A DNA stretch of 64,000 nucleotides, taken from positions 4,448,001-4,512,000 of the forward strand of contig CP170459.1 of the NCBI GenBank assembly GCA_047947115.1, given 5' to 3'. Both the position numbers and the translations under genes were made by a program. Numbering within the stretch: the stretch's first letter is position 1; each line of letters begins with the position of its first letter. The stretch is from Verrucomicrobiota bacterium (GTDB lineage: Bacteria > Verrucomicrobiota > Verrucomicrobiia > Limisphaerales > AAA164-E04). The notes under the pieces were generated by a model. The model was given only the letters and a program-made list of their open reading frames with translations. It did not search any database and had not been told where the DNA came from. Positions 50,810 through 60,613 of this stretch are shown here, one piece after another.

Positions 50810-51011
50810 GTTCGATCTCGCTGATTACGGTGATCATTCTGTCATGGAGAAAGTTGATATTTACCCTGCTTGTTCCCCAACTGAAACATATGCCTGATTG
50901 TGAAACGGTCAAAGGTCTTTTTAAAAGTTTTGGCATTTGAGTTTGATGGATCCCGATGGCACACTGACCGGGCTTTTTGGATGGCAGCACAAGAGAAGCC
51001 ATTGAAGTTGC

Positions 51012-52652
51012 ATGAATCACCTATACCTGATTGAAGATCTCGGACTGATGCTGGTGGCGGCCAGTTTTATGATGCTGATCACAAAGCGTCTTAAAACACC
51101 CGCCGTGGTCAACTATCTCCTGGCAGGGTTGTTGATCGGCCCGGGATTTGGGTTGATTCATGAAACGGAACACCTCGATTTCCTTTCGGAAACGGGCGTG
51201 ATCCTGCTCCTGTTCCTGGTCGGCATCGAGCTCAATATCCGACACTTCAAAGCCGCCGGAAAGGAGGTACTATGGACCGGATCCATCCAGATGGTTTCAA
51301 CCTTCCTGTTCATTTACAGTGTCATTTTCCTGCTGGGGTACGCCAACCAGACCGCCTGGATTCTGGGGCTCACTTTCATGTTCAGCAGCACGGTGGTCGT
51401 GGTCAAATTATTGCAGGAACATCGCGAATCAAAAGCTTTTCACGGCCGCATCGCGATCGGAATACTGCTGCTCCAGGATGTGGCAGCATTGGCGGCAATC
51501 ACATGGGTTTCAAGCATGAGTCCGTCGGGAGAAGGATCTGGCGGCTCGAGCTGGCTGATTTTGACCAAAGCCGTCACAGGTATGGGGACGTTGATCCTGA
51601 CAGCCTGGCTGGCCTCAAAGTTCCTGATCAATCCGGCACTAAACTGGTCGCTCCCCATTCCCGGCATGATGTTCATCTGGAGTCTGGCATGGTGCTTTCT
51701 CTTCGTGTCCCTCGCCCACGTTTTCGGGTTGTCACATGAAATAGGAGCCTTCCTGGCCGGACTCAGCCTGGCCCAATCCCAATACAACATGGAGCTGAAG
51801 CGAAGAGTGCACCCTCTGATGAACTTTTTCGTCGTGATCTTCTTTGTGCTGCTGGGCGCAAAGATAAAATTGGATCTGAGTGTGACCATGTGGGTTCACG
51901 TTTTCATGCTGTCGGTCCTGGTCATGATTTTAAAATTTGCCGTGGTTGGCGGTACGCTCTGGGCAATGGGCAGACGAAGCGAAGGAACCCTGTTGAGCGG
52001 ACTGCACCTGGCACAAATCAGTGAATTCTCCCTCATCCTGATTGCCCTTGCAGCCAGACAAGAATTGGTGTCTCCAGAGATTCAAACACTTGTTGCGTGG
52101 ACTGGTATCATCACTATTGCGGTTTCTTCCTACGCCATCCTTTTTCGAAAGCAGCTCTTGCGCTGGTTGCGTCACAGCAAGAGCTGCAGCCAGTATTTTG
52201 AATGGAAACAACGAGATGACGAACCCAGGGAGGAAAGCCCTTTGGAATCGTCGGCGATTCTGGTCATCGGCATGAATGCCATGGGACGTGACATCGTCAC
52301 ACGACTGGTGGCAAGTGGAGAAAAGGTCACCGCCATCGATTCCGATCCCAACAAGCTGAAAGGGCTTAAATGCCGTACCATTCATGGTAACATCCATGAC
52401 TGGGACCTGCTGGAGGCGGCAGGGTTTGAGCACGCCACAATGATTGTCTCGGCGTTGCAGATCGAGGAGGCCAACCAACTGCTGGCATTTCGAGCCCAGC
52501 AAGCAAACATTCCCTGTTGTGTCATGACGCCGGACACACATGCCATCCCTGCCCTGCTGGATCTAGGTGTCAGTTATTTCATGACCCCGTTCGCGGACGG
52601 CATCAAGCGTCAACGAGCCGAATTGGTGGAAAGAGGATTGTTGAAATCATGA
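51012..52652 (+). CDS. CPA2 family cation:proton antiporter with TrkA-N (RCK) domain (Kef-like)
   Basis: About 12-13 TM segments, FSSTVVVVKLL, ILLLQD, GAFLAG, AQISEFS, C-terminal RCK domain. Confidence 0.9.
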   Translation: MNHLYLIEDLGLMLVAASFMMLITKRLKTPAVVNYLLAGLLIGPGFGLIHETEHLDFLSETGVILLLFLVGIELNIRHFKAAGKEVLWTGSIQMVSTFLFIYSVIFLLGYANQTAWILGLTFMFSSTVVVVKLLQEHRESKAFHGRIAIGILLLQDVAALAAITWVSSMSPSGEGSGGSSWLILTKAVTGMGTLILTAWLASKFLINPALNWSLPIPGMMFIWSLAWCFLFVSLAHVFGLSHEIGAFLAGLSLAQSQYNMELKRRVHPLMNFFVVIFFVLLGAKIKLDLSVTMWVHVFMLSVLVMILKFAVVGGTLWAMGRRSEGTLLSGLHLAQISEFSLILIALAARQELVSPEIQTLVAWTGIITIAVSSYAILFRKQLLRWLRHSKSCSQYFEWKQRDDEPREESPLESSAILVIGMNAMGRDIVTRLVASGEKVTAIDSDPNKLKGLKCRTIHGNIHDWDLLEAAGFEHATMIVSALQIEEANQLLAFRAQQANIPCCVMTPDTHAIPALLDLGVSYFMTPFADGIKRQRAELVERGLLKS

Positions 52653-54223
52653 CGGAACTACTCTTACTGCTGATCATCGCCGGAACCGGTTTGGGTATTG
52701 CCCGCAAACTGAAAATGCCGGCCATTCCGTTCTGGATCCTCGGAGGATTGATCGCCGGACAGTTCACCTCTTCTATCGAGACCTCCCTGCTTGAACAAAT
52801 GCTGGAGATGGGGCTGATCTTCCTCGTGTTCGCTTCCGGCATGGAACTCAACCCAAAGCGATTTCAACATCAATGGTCCATCGTTTGGCGCGTAAGCATC
52901 CTGCAGTTTGCGGCCTTGGTCTGCATAGGATGGCTGGCAGCCGTTGCCATGGGTTTCGGGGCCCGTGAGGCATGCTACCCGGCGGTTGCCATGGGAACCA
53001 GTTCCACCCTGCTTGCCATTCGCCTGCTGATCCAAGGAAGAAAAATGTACGAACCTTTCGCCCGGATGGTGATCGGTGTGCTGTTGATTCAGGATCTGCT
53101 GATGATTCTGATGGTGGTGATACTGGTAAAATCAGATGGCGGCTGGCTGCATGTCTCCAAAGGACTGTTTGCGGGATCCTGTCTTGGAGGTCTGGCATGG
53201 GGAATCCGTCAACGATTTTGGACTTTTTTCCTCAAGAAATTTGATTCAGACGAGGAATCGTTTCTTTTGATCCTGCTTTCCACCATGTTCCTCTTTGTCA
53301 GTGCGGCCCATTATCTGGATCTTCCTTTGATTGCGGGAGCTTTCTTTGGTGGATTAAGTCTGAGTTCTTTCCCTGTCCAGGGGCTGGCCAAAGGGGTGAT
53401 GACTTCCTTGTCAGACTTCTTTTTCGCACTTTTCTTTACCGCACTTGGTCATTACGCCGGGATTCCCCTGTCATGGGTCTTCTGGGCGCAAGCCGCGGCC
53501 TTCGCGCTGCTGGTCATCGTCATCACACCGGCATTGGTTGCCCTGATCGCCGAACGCGCCGGACTCACCGCCCGCCACGCAATCGAAGGCGGCATTTTAT
53601 TGGCACAAACAAGTGAATTCGCATTGGTTCTGGGTTTGGCTGGGCATTTGTCGGATAGCGGACTACCAGTCGAACGCATCAGCCAAATCGCTTTGATGTC
53701 GGTAATGACCATGACCATTACCCCATTGCTGGCAAATGACCGGGTGACGCAATGGTTGCTGAAATTTCATCCCTTTCGCAACCGACATCATATCGAGGAA
53801 ACCTGGAAGGGTCATGTCCTCGTACTGGGTTTTGGCAGTGCAGGCGACTATGTCATCCACCCGTTTCTTGAAACAGGTGATACCGTCGTAGTGGTGGATG
53901 AAGATCCCGCTGTCATCGCCAAGCTCCAGTCCAAAGGCAAGGTGGTCGCCATCCGGGGAGACGGAGCGGATCGGGCACTGTTGGATCAACTCCACGCACG
54001 TCAGGCAAAACTCATCCTGGCTGCGATGCGGCGCCCTGAAGAAGCCGAAGGTGTCATCCAATTTGTATCCGGATGCACCCCAGTTTTTGCCCGTGTCTTC
54101 GAACCCAAAGATGCGGACCGTATCCGACAACTGGGCGGAACACCCATTTTGAATTCAATGGCCAGCGCAGAAGCGTTTCTGGAGTGGTATCAGGCAGTGG
54201 GTAAGGAAATGACCGGCCATTGA
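52649..54223 (+). CDS. Second CPA2 family cation:proton antiporter with TrkA-N domain
   Basis: ATG at 52649 overlaps the upstream stop (ATGA). TSST, VLLIQD, AQTSEFA, VLGFGSAG, IRGDG. Confidence 0.9.
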   Translation: MTELLLLLIIAGTGLGIARKLKMPAIPFWILGGLIAGQFTSSIETSLLEQMLEMGLIFLVFASGMELNPKRFQHQWSIVWRVSILQFAALVCIGWLAAVAMGFGAREACYPAVAMGTSSTLLAIRLLIQGRKMYEPFARMVIGVLLIQDLLMILMVVILVKSDGGWLHVSKGLFAGSCLGGLAWGIRQRFWTFFLKKFDSDEESFLLILLSTMFLFVSAAHYLDLPLIAGAFFGGLSLSSFPVQGLAKGVMTSLSDFFFALFFTALGHYAGIPLSWVFWAQAAAFALLVIVITPALVALIAERAGLTARHAIEGGILLAQTSEFALVLGLAGHLSDSGLPVERISQIALMSVMTMTITPLLANDRVTQWLLKFHPFRNRHHIEETWKGHVLVLGFGSAGDYVIHPFLETGDTVVVVDEDPAVIAKLQSKGKVVAIRGDGADRALLDQLHARQAKLILAAMRRPEEAEGVIQFVSGCTPVFARVFEPKDADRIRQLGGTPILNSMASAEAFLEWYQAVGKEMTGH

Positions 54224-54250
54224 GCGGATAACTCAGGAAACTGCCGACTT

Positions 54251-54937
54251 CTAATCACCGTCAGTGGGATCGGAATCGGAAGTTTCATCCGACGAAGGAG
54301 CATGTTCTTGAATGAAGTAGCTCAGGTTTTCAAGTTCGATGGCGAGATTAACGTTGTTGACCGTCACTCCCTCGGGAGTCAGGAGCACAATCGGGGCAAA
54401 GTTAAGAATCCCGGTGACGCCGTTTTCTATCAACACATTGACGATCGATTGAGCAGCTTCCACCGGCACGCAAAGTATGGCCATACGAACCTGATGCTCA
54501 GACAGCACCTTAGGGATTTCATCCATAGGACGCACAGGGATCTCCATGAATTTCCCAAGAGCGACAACCCCGGGGTTGGCATCAAAGGCAGAAACGATCT
54601 CAAAGCCCTCCCTTTCAAATCCCTTATATGAAATGAGCGCCTTGCCGAGATTCCCCACACCAATCAGCACGACCGGCTGCAAGGTGTTTGTCCCCAGAAC
54701 TTCGGCTATCATCTCAGTCAATTGATTGACATCATAACCCAGCCCCCGGGTTCCAAACTGGCCAAAATAGGTCAGATCCTTGCGTAGTTGAGTGGGTTTG
54801 ACTCCGGCAGCACTGGATAAGGCCTGGCTGGAAACTGTTTCCAACCCATTGGCTTTAAGCCGCATCAGACAACGCATATACACAGACAGCCGATAAACTG
54901 CCTGACGCGGAATTTCACCTTTCAATGTTTTTTTCAA
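54251..54937 (-). CDS. rex: Redox-sensing transcriptional repressor Rex
   Basis: RLSVY.R.L, QLRKDLTYFGQFGTRGLGYDV, IGVGNLGKAL, GILNFAP. TTG start preceded by AAGGTGAG. Confidence 0.96.
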   Translation of the reverse strand: MKKTLKGEIPRQAVYRLSVYMRCLMRLKANGLETVSSQALSSAAGVKPTQLRKDLTYFGQFGTRGLGYDVNQLTEMIAEVLGTNTLQPVVLIGVGNLGKALISYKGFEREGFEIVSAFDANPGVVALGKFMEIPVRPMDEIPKVLSEHQVRMAILCVPVEAAQSIVNVLIENGVTGILNFAPIVLLTPEGVTVNNVNLAIELENLSYFIQEHAPSSDETSDSDPTDGD

Positions 54938-55294
54938 TCCGACTCACCTTCATTCAGATCCATGCAAACCGCAACATTCAGCCCCATCATTTAACCCTGT
55001 CGCATGGAGAAAAACTATCCACAAACCCCTCTGAGAAGAAGCGATTTTATTCCAGAACCAAACCGGACATGTCAAGGAACAAGCACAAAGAAAAATCCAG
55101 CTCATATCCTGAACTTGTCAAACCTCTCCTACCTGGGTCCACTTCATTCACCCAACTCCGCGCAAAGAACCAGCCATCGATGAGAGCGAATCATGACCCT
55201 CTCAAAATAAATGTTGGATCGGCGACTTTTCTATTGCATTAGACGCCTCAACGCCTATTTTAGCGGACTGGTTAACTCGAAGGAGAAGAGCACA

Positions 55295-55519
55295 TTGAAC
55301 ACGGATTTAGTAAAAATAGCATTGGACAAGGTCACCAACCCGAACATCCTGGTGAACCTGGTGTCACGACGCGTGCGGCAACTCAGTTCCGGAGGAGGCG
55401 GAATGAGCCGCCCTCTGATCGACTCGGCCAAGCCGCTTGGCACAGCCGATACCGCGCTGGAAGAAATCGTTCAGGATAAGATTTCTTACGAAAGGCTCAA
55501 GGAAGAAGAAATGCAGTAA
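55295..55519 (+). CDS. rpoZ: RNA polymerase omega subunit
   Basis: NILVNLVSRRVRQL...ALEEIVQDKI. TTG start with an AAGGAG ribosome-binding site. Confidence 0.8.
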   Translation: MNTDLVKIALDKVTNPNILVNLVSRRVRQLSSGGGGMSRPLIDSAKPLGTADTALEEIVQDKISYERLKEEEMQ

Positions 55520-55582
55520 TGCAGCTTCTCCATTGAAGGGGCTGCCCGGCAAGCATTCGGAACAAGCCCATACCACACTTTC

Positions 55583-55610
55583 AAGCCGGAAGCTCACTTC
55601 CGGTTTTTTT
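55583..55610 (+). terminator. Rho-independent terminator between rpoZ and smpB
   Basis: GCCGGAAG-CTCA-CTTCCGGT stem-loop followed by a T run. Confidence 0.75.
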
Positions 55611-55622
55611 GTCCCATCACCC

Positions 55623-56096
55623 ATGGCCAAGAAAAACAACTCAAACGAAATCGCAAGTAATCCCAAGGCTCGACGGGATTACCATATCCTGGAGTTGTTC
55701 GAAGCCGGCATCGTGCTGCACGGCACCGAGGTTAAATCCTTGAGAGCAGGCAAAGGGGTCATTCGAGATGCCTATGTGCGCGTGGAAAACATGGAAGTCT
55801 GGCTTTACAACGCCCACATAGAAGAATACGCCTTCGGCAACTGGATCAACCATGATCCCAAAGCCCGTCGTAAGTTACTCCTCAACAAATCCGAAATCCG
55901 CAAACTTTTCGGACTGGGCGACATCAAGGGCAACGCCATCTTTCCCCTCTCCCTTTTCTGGAAGAATGGCAAGGTCAAAGTCAAGCTCGCCATCGGCAGA
56001 GGCAAAGTGCAGCATGACAAACGCGAAGACCTCAAACGACGCGACTCAGACCGCGAACTCAAACGCGCCATGATGCAACAGTTCAAAGGGAAGTGA
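55623..56096 (+). CDS. smpB: SsrA-binding protein SmpB
   Basis: NPKARRDYHI.E.FEAGIVL.GTEVKSLR, RKLLL.K.EI, GKVQHDKRE. Confidence 0.97.
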   Translation: MAKKNNSNEIASNPKARRDYHILELFEAGIVLHGTEVKSLRAGKGVIRDAYVRVENMEVWLYNAHIEEYAFGNWINHDPKARRKLLLNKSEIRKLFGLGDIKGNAIFPLSLFWKNGKVKVKLAIGRGKVQHDKREDLKRRDSDRELKRAMMQQFKGK

Positions 56097-56353
56097 CCTG
56101 CTGTGCCGGGCAGGTAGGCGACTGCGGGATGCCTGGCGCGTCCCTTGTGGCGTTCAAAAGTCCATCCATTTCCGTTTGGGAAGCCAGCGATACTCAACAA
56201 CCAATCCTTTAGACAACCAACTCCAAAGGGAACTGTCGCTCGGTGGCATCAGGCTTTCCATTGAATGACATGCCTGTTCAAGTAAAGCCACGAGTTGCGG
56301 GCCGAGATCCAGATTCGTCGGGACTCTACCTGACCTCACCCCAACCCGAATTG

Positions 56354-56400
56354 TGTTACCCATGTTCTTGAACATAAATGTTACCCATGTCTTGAACTCA
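56354..56400. mobile_element. Probable IS481-family terminal repeat remnant (no transposase)
   Basis: Tandem TGTTACCCATGT(T)CTTGAAC at 56354 and 56379 (25-bp spacing), resembling the internally repeated ends of IS481-type elements. Confidence 0.5.
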
Positions 56401-56413
56401 CCGATCATTGATC

Positions 56414-56434
56414 ATTCACCATTCACCATTCACC
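56414..56434. repeat. Heptamer tandem repeat (ATTCACC)x3
   Basis: Directly visible in the sequence, flanked by degenerate copies. Confidence 0.85.
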
Positions 56435-56438
56435 ATTT

Positions 56439-56467
56439 AAAAAGGCCGGATCCCTGGGGATCCGGCC
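56439..56467 (-). terminator. Rho-independent terminator of the large exported-protein gene
   Basis: 11-bp perfect stem GGCCGGATCCC/GGGATCCGGCC followed by a T5 run on the minus strand. Confidence 0.85.
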
Positions 56468-56502
56468 GTGTATTTTCCAAACGTTATTGTGTCTTACTCA
56501 AA

Positions 56503-59500
56503 TTATTCAGCGATGTAGAACCGGGCGGATTGATCAGGAGCCACCGAGTATGGAGAGGTCGCGCCGGCGACCGGAGCAAATGGGCCGGTCACAGTAGCAG
56601 AACTCTTCAGGGTACCTTCAAATTCGATGACCACACTGCCGTCTGAAAGGGCAATGGAGTTGACCTGACCGGCACCGGCTGGAGGTTCAGGTTGCTCAGG
56701 AGTGAATGGAACTTCGCGCATACCTGCTTCATAGTGTGCTTTGACGCGGTCGGCAGAAAGCGCGGTATTGTACAACGCTGCTTCATCCAACCAACCGTCA
56801 TACCACATCAAGTCACCTGTCGCCCAATAATCGGGAGAGAAGGTTCCGCTGGCAATAAAATCATTCAGAACCGCTTCTTCGTTGCGTGCACCAAATGCGA
56901 CATCGTCCGTGTGGTTATAGAGCAAGTGAACGCCACTCACCTCGGCAAACTGCTCGCCATTGAGATAACCGGTGAGGGTTCCTTCGAAACCATCGACCTC
57001 AGCATCCCCATTCATGACAAACACGGCGTGATAAACCGTATTGGCCTTAATTGTGGTACTGATTCCAACCGGCTCTCCATTGCTACCGATACCACCGGTC
57101 TGTTCAAACGGAAGGATACCTCCCCATATCTGCTCGGCACGATTGATGGCAGTAAACCACAATTCAGCCTCCTGAGGATTGGGACCGGGCTGTGAGCCTC
57201 GCAGGTAAACATTCAAACCACGGGTAGCTCCTCCTTGCTCATAGATAATTTGAGCATCGGCAACATCCGCAGCAAATCCCGCCCCAAGAGGCTCGTTAGA
57301 AGGAAGATTGCGCGCCTTGAACCAAAGCTCAATGGTCTTCTCCTTCCAGGCAGGATTGCCGGCAGCGTTGTTGATATCCTGATGATCCGGAATGTCGAGA
57401 TAAGATCCCTTTGATGCATCAAACAACACTGCCGCTGAAGCAGCGCCAGGCACCAAACGTTCTTCACCGAGAGCAGGCCCATTATAGTATGTGCCTACGA
57501 TTCCACCGCCCAATTCACTCACGGCCACGCCTCCGGAAGTTTCACTAAATGTCCAGTAAGCGAAAGGCTGATCTTCAAGTACGGCTGCCATTCCTCTGGG
57601 CACTGTAAAGCGGTATTCGACCGTTCGTGTCACCGGAGGATTGCTGTTTTCAGTGTATGTGAGGACCGCCAAGTGATCCCCCCCGGCGAATGGAACCGGG
57701 TTTTTAAAGGATGTGGTGATATCGCTGCCATTGACTTTGACGTTGGGCGGAATCACGAGTGCCCCATCTACGCTCAACTGCACAGAATCACGATTCACTT
57801 TGGTGTCTCCATTGGTAATGGTAAAGGCCACTTCATCAGCCAGGGTCCCGGAGAGAGGTTCGAAGTGTGAAACGTAAGGACGTGTCAGGGCCTTATTATA
57901 GGCCTTGATCGCGTTTGGATTATTGCGGTCGTTGATCAGGATTTTTTCTCCGTCCACAACGCTGAAGAATTCAACGCTTGATCCGCCTCCACCTTCAAAA
58001 TACAGCAGGCGGGTAGGATAAAATCCAGCCTCTTCAACATAGATATCAAACAGTGAATCGCTCGCACCACGCCCACCGTCAAACTCCCCGACACCTCGTG
58101 CCAACAGATCCTTGGTGGAAGGTCCCATCGTGACCTGGAATCCATCGTCACTGTTGACACCCAGAGTGTGCCAGCCTTGGGATAATTCAAGATAAGTAAG
58201 GAATTCAGCGGCAATCCCATCGATGCTGTCGTTAAATCCGGGAATATTTGGAATGAGATCATCAGGGTAACCTGTCCCATCGTTGAAGTTACCGGCAGCA
58301 AGACCTTCTTGTTCAAAATTGACCCAACTAACATCGACGGGTGAGAACTGCCAGGTACTAGCTCCAGAAGGACCAGCTTCGTTTATGTATGGATTACCAT
58401 CCACATCCGTATAACCTCCTGTGAGCTGGAAATTCGCATTGCTGATCGCATTGCCATGCAAACTATCGACACCCGTTTGAGCAATTCCGATTTGCGAAAC
58501 GTTTGCAGTGAAACCCTCGCTCGCTGTATCCACCGAATTGTTGGAGAAGAATGCCGGTATCTTGGTATATTGCTGGGTAATGGTAAAAGCCAAGTTGGCT
58601 GTATGAGAGCCACCGGAAGAATCCTTGTAATTGATAACAATGGAATGAGAACTGCCCGAATCAGGCACACTGGTGAAGGCATAGCTCACGGTGGCAACCC
58701 CACCGGTTGAATTCACATCTACATCCACAGCTTGCCCATTCAAAGTCACAGCCACACTGCCAGCGTCGACAGTTTGAGCAAATTCCTGAATAAAAATACG
58801 GAAGCCATCACGGTCGCCATCGAAAGAGGTGATGCGCGGAGATGACGCCACAGAAGCGGCGTTAAGAGAAGTTTTCTTAATCAAACCAACTATGGCTGCC
58901 TCGTTGGAAAACTCTTCAATACCTACGGCACCGGTTTGACCTTCACGCTGCGTGCTGACTGTAATGACATCGTTAGCGGATAGTCCTTCCAACAAGATGG
59001 CCATGGTCGCGGAAGCTGTATTGTGGCCGCCAGCGCTACGGATGTAGTGCGTCTTGGCTTCGGCACCGGGATAAGCAACGCCATTGATTTCCACTGTGAT
59101 GCGTGGGTTGGGACGCTGGGCAGTACTTTGAAGAAGATCGTTGTAAACCAACAGATAATCACCCGCTTGACGAACCGTAATGTTTTCGCCGCTGTGATTG
59201 TAAGTGGAGCTGTCATTGATCGCCGGGCTTTCCCAGATGATCTGTTCTTTGGTGGCAGTATTCCAGTCAGCAGGATCGGCGGCATTGGTGGTTTCGACAG
59301 CTGATGCTGTGAAGACTCCATCGTTGTCGATCTTTTCTATCATGATGGATCCCTTTTTCCCTGCGGGCAGGAAGGCGTTACCGGCATTGCCAGAGTTGGC
59401 ATACCGCAAGGTTTGTGTCGTCAATGTTTGATTGCCAGTCACTTCGACGATACCTGCAAAGTGAACGGAAGATTCAATGTGCCCATCAGCATTCCGGTTG

Positions 59501-60333
59501 TAACCATGGCGAGACTGTCCACCTGGAACAATTTGGCCATCCAAGAGAATTTCAAGACTGGGTGAAAGTCGATCCGCCGAGGCGCGTTGCAGAGGCAGGT
59601 TGACATACACAAGGTATGTCCCACTTGAAAGGCTGATGCCAGATCCACCATCCGAGTGGGAAAAGCCACTATCCTTACGGTTGGAAGCCCATGGCAATTG
59701 AACTGGATCTTCACCTGCACCTTCCCAATCGGGATTTAAGTTGACACCATCCAGAGAATCATCCGACACAGCAGAGAAAATGGTGCGCCCTGCCTCTGCT
59801 TTTTCCACAAAAAGACTGGCGGTTTGGATAGCCGTGCGAGCAGCTGGGAATGCGGTTTTCGCAGCTTTCACTTCGATCACATCTCCAGCACTCAAGCCCT
59901 GCAGCAACAGATGCGCATGGCAGGAGGTTTCGTTCTGCATGTTGGTGTTTCGAGGTTGATTACGAATATAACCTGTCCTGCCTTGTGAACCGGGTGCAGG
60001 GGCGCCGTTCACGTAAATCTCGATTTCTTGACTCGGACGGTTGTCCGGCGTATCGATCGCAATAACCGGCATGGTGGCTGCCACGATATAATCACCATCC
60101 TCCAGAACCTTCAGTTGGTGGGTGGCATTGATACTGTGCTCGAAAACCGAGGGATCGATCGAGGAACGCTCATTCCAAGCGATACTTGTAGGAGTCGCTG
60201 AGTCGAGATAGATTCCACCAACTTCAACCTGACTACCTTGCAGAAACGCCGCCTTTTCGACGGCTGCTTGACACACAGCTGTAACCATTAAGGCTAAAGC
60301 CGCACCAATCGTACATAGTTTTAGTGACTTCAT
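56503..60333 (-). CDS. Large exported multidomain protein (3 x C1q/TNF-like repeats, PA14-like, LamG-like, C-terminal tail)
   Basis: Signal peptide MKSLKLC...VCQA from the ATG at 60333. Three ~150-aa repeats, LGVNSDDGFQV/FEGGGG (PA14-like), TIELWF..YHAVFV..YLNG..GWLDEAALYNTALS (LamG-like). Confidence 0.8.
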   Translation of the reverse strand: MKSLKLCTIGAALALMVTAVCQAAVEKAAFLQGSQVEVGGIYLDSATPTSIAWNERSSIDPSVFEHSINATHQLKVLEDGDYIVAATMPVIAIDTPDNRPSQEIEIYVNGAPAPGSQGRTGYIRNQPRNTNMQNETSCHAHLLLQGLSAGDVIEVKAAKTAFPAARTAIQTASLFVEKAEAGRTIFSAVSDDSLDGVNLNPDWEGAGEDPVQLPWASNRKDSGFSHSDGGSGISLSSGTYLVYVNLPLQRASADRLSPSLEILLDGQIVPGGQSRHGYNRNADGHIESSVHFAGIVEVTGNQTLTTQTLRYANSGNAGNAFLPAGKKGSIMIEKIDNDGVFTASAVETTNAADPADWNTATKEQIIWESPAINDSSTYNHSGENITVRQAGDYLLVYNDLLQSTAQRPNPRITVEINGVAYPGAEAKTHYIRSAGGHNTASATMAILLEGLSANDVITVSTQREGQTGAVGIEEFSNEAAIVGLIKKTSLNAASVASSPRITSFDGDRDGFRIFIQEFAQTVDAGSVAVTLNGQAVDVDVNSTGGVATVSYAFTSVPDSGSSHSIVINYKDSSGGSHTANLAFTITQQYTKIPAFFSNNSVDTASEGFTANVSQIGIAQTGVDSLHGNAISNANFQLTGGYTDVDGNPYINEAGPSGASTWQFSPVDVSWVNFEQEGLAAGNFNDGTGYPDDLIPNIPGFNDSIDGIAAEFLTYLELSQGWHTLGVNSDDGFQVTMGPSTKDLLARGVGEFDGGRGASDSLFDIYVEEAGFYPTRLLYFEGGGGSSVEFFSVVDGEKILINDRNNPNAIKAYNKALTRPYVSHFEPLSGTLADEVAFTITNGDTKVNRDSVQLSVDGALVIPPNVKVNGSDITTSFKNPVPFAGGDHLAVLTYTENSNPPVTRTVEYRFTVPRGMAAVLEDQPFAYWTFSETSGGVAVSELGGGIVGTYYNGPALGEERLVPGAASAAVLFDASKGSYLDIPDHQDINNAAGNPAWKEKTIELWFKARNLPSNEPLGAGFAADVADAQIIYEQGGATRGLNVYLRGSQPGPNPQEAELWFTAINRAEQIWGGILPFEQTGGIGSNGEPVGISTTIKANTVYHAVFVMNGDAEVDGFEGTLTGYLNGEQFAEVSGVHLLYNHTDDVAFGARNEEAVLNDFIASGTFSPDYWATGDLMWYDGWLDEAALYNTALSADRVKAHYEAGMREVPFTPEQPEPPAGAGQVNSIALSDGSVVIEFEGTLKSSATVTGPFAPVAGATSPYSVAPDQSARFYIAE

Positions 60334-60613
60334 GATACAATCAATAGTTTTCAACTTGATCTGGAACGAAGATATCCAAACCATGACACGTCCGAGAGTC
60401 AACTCAAAAGCAGCAAGTATTTGATGCTTTCGATATTTTAATTTCACAAAAAATTAGCACCTCAATTCTTGACTATCCTGTTTATGTGTATATGCTCATT
60501 TATAAATTTAAGTGTCACCCCATGGTGAATCGCTAAATATTAAGGCTTTAAATGTATGATTTGATTACACGATAATCAAAACAGAACCAGTCACACCCAA
60601 TTCATCACACAAA

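Noticed and set aside
50810..51011. CIRCE or sigma54 element upstream of clpB
   Set aside because: No TTAGCACTC-N9-GAGTGCTAA. Only a weak GG-N10-GC match, which is not enough to call.
54940..55290. Rex operator or replication-origin DnaA boxes
   Set aside because: No TTGTGAA-N4-TTCACAA match. The single CTATCCACA near 55015 is insufficient for an origin.
56097..56500. tmRNA (ssrA) or CRISPR array next to smpB
   Set aside because: No tRNA-like ends or tag reading frame were recognised. The repeats are only two 19-20-bp copies and a heptamer run, with no spacers or cas genes.
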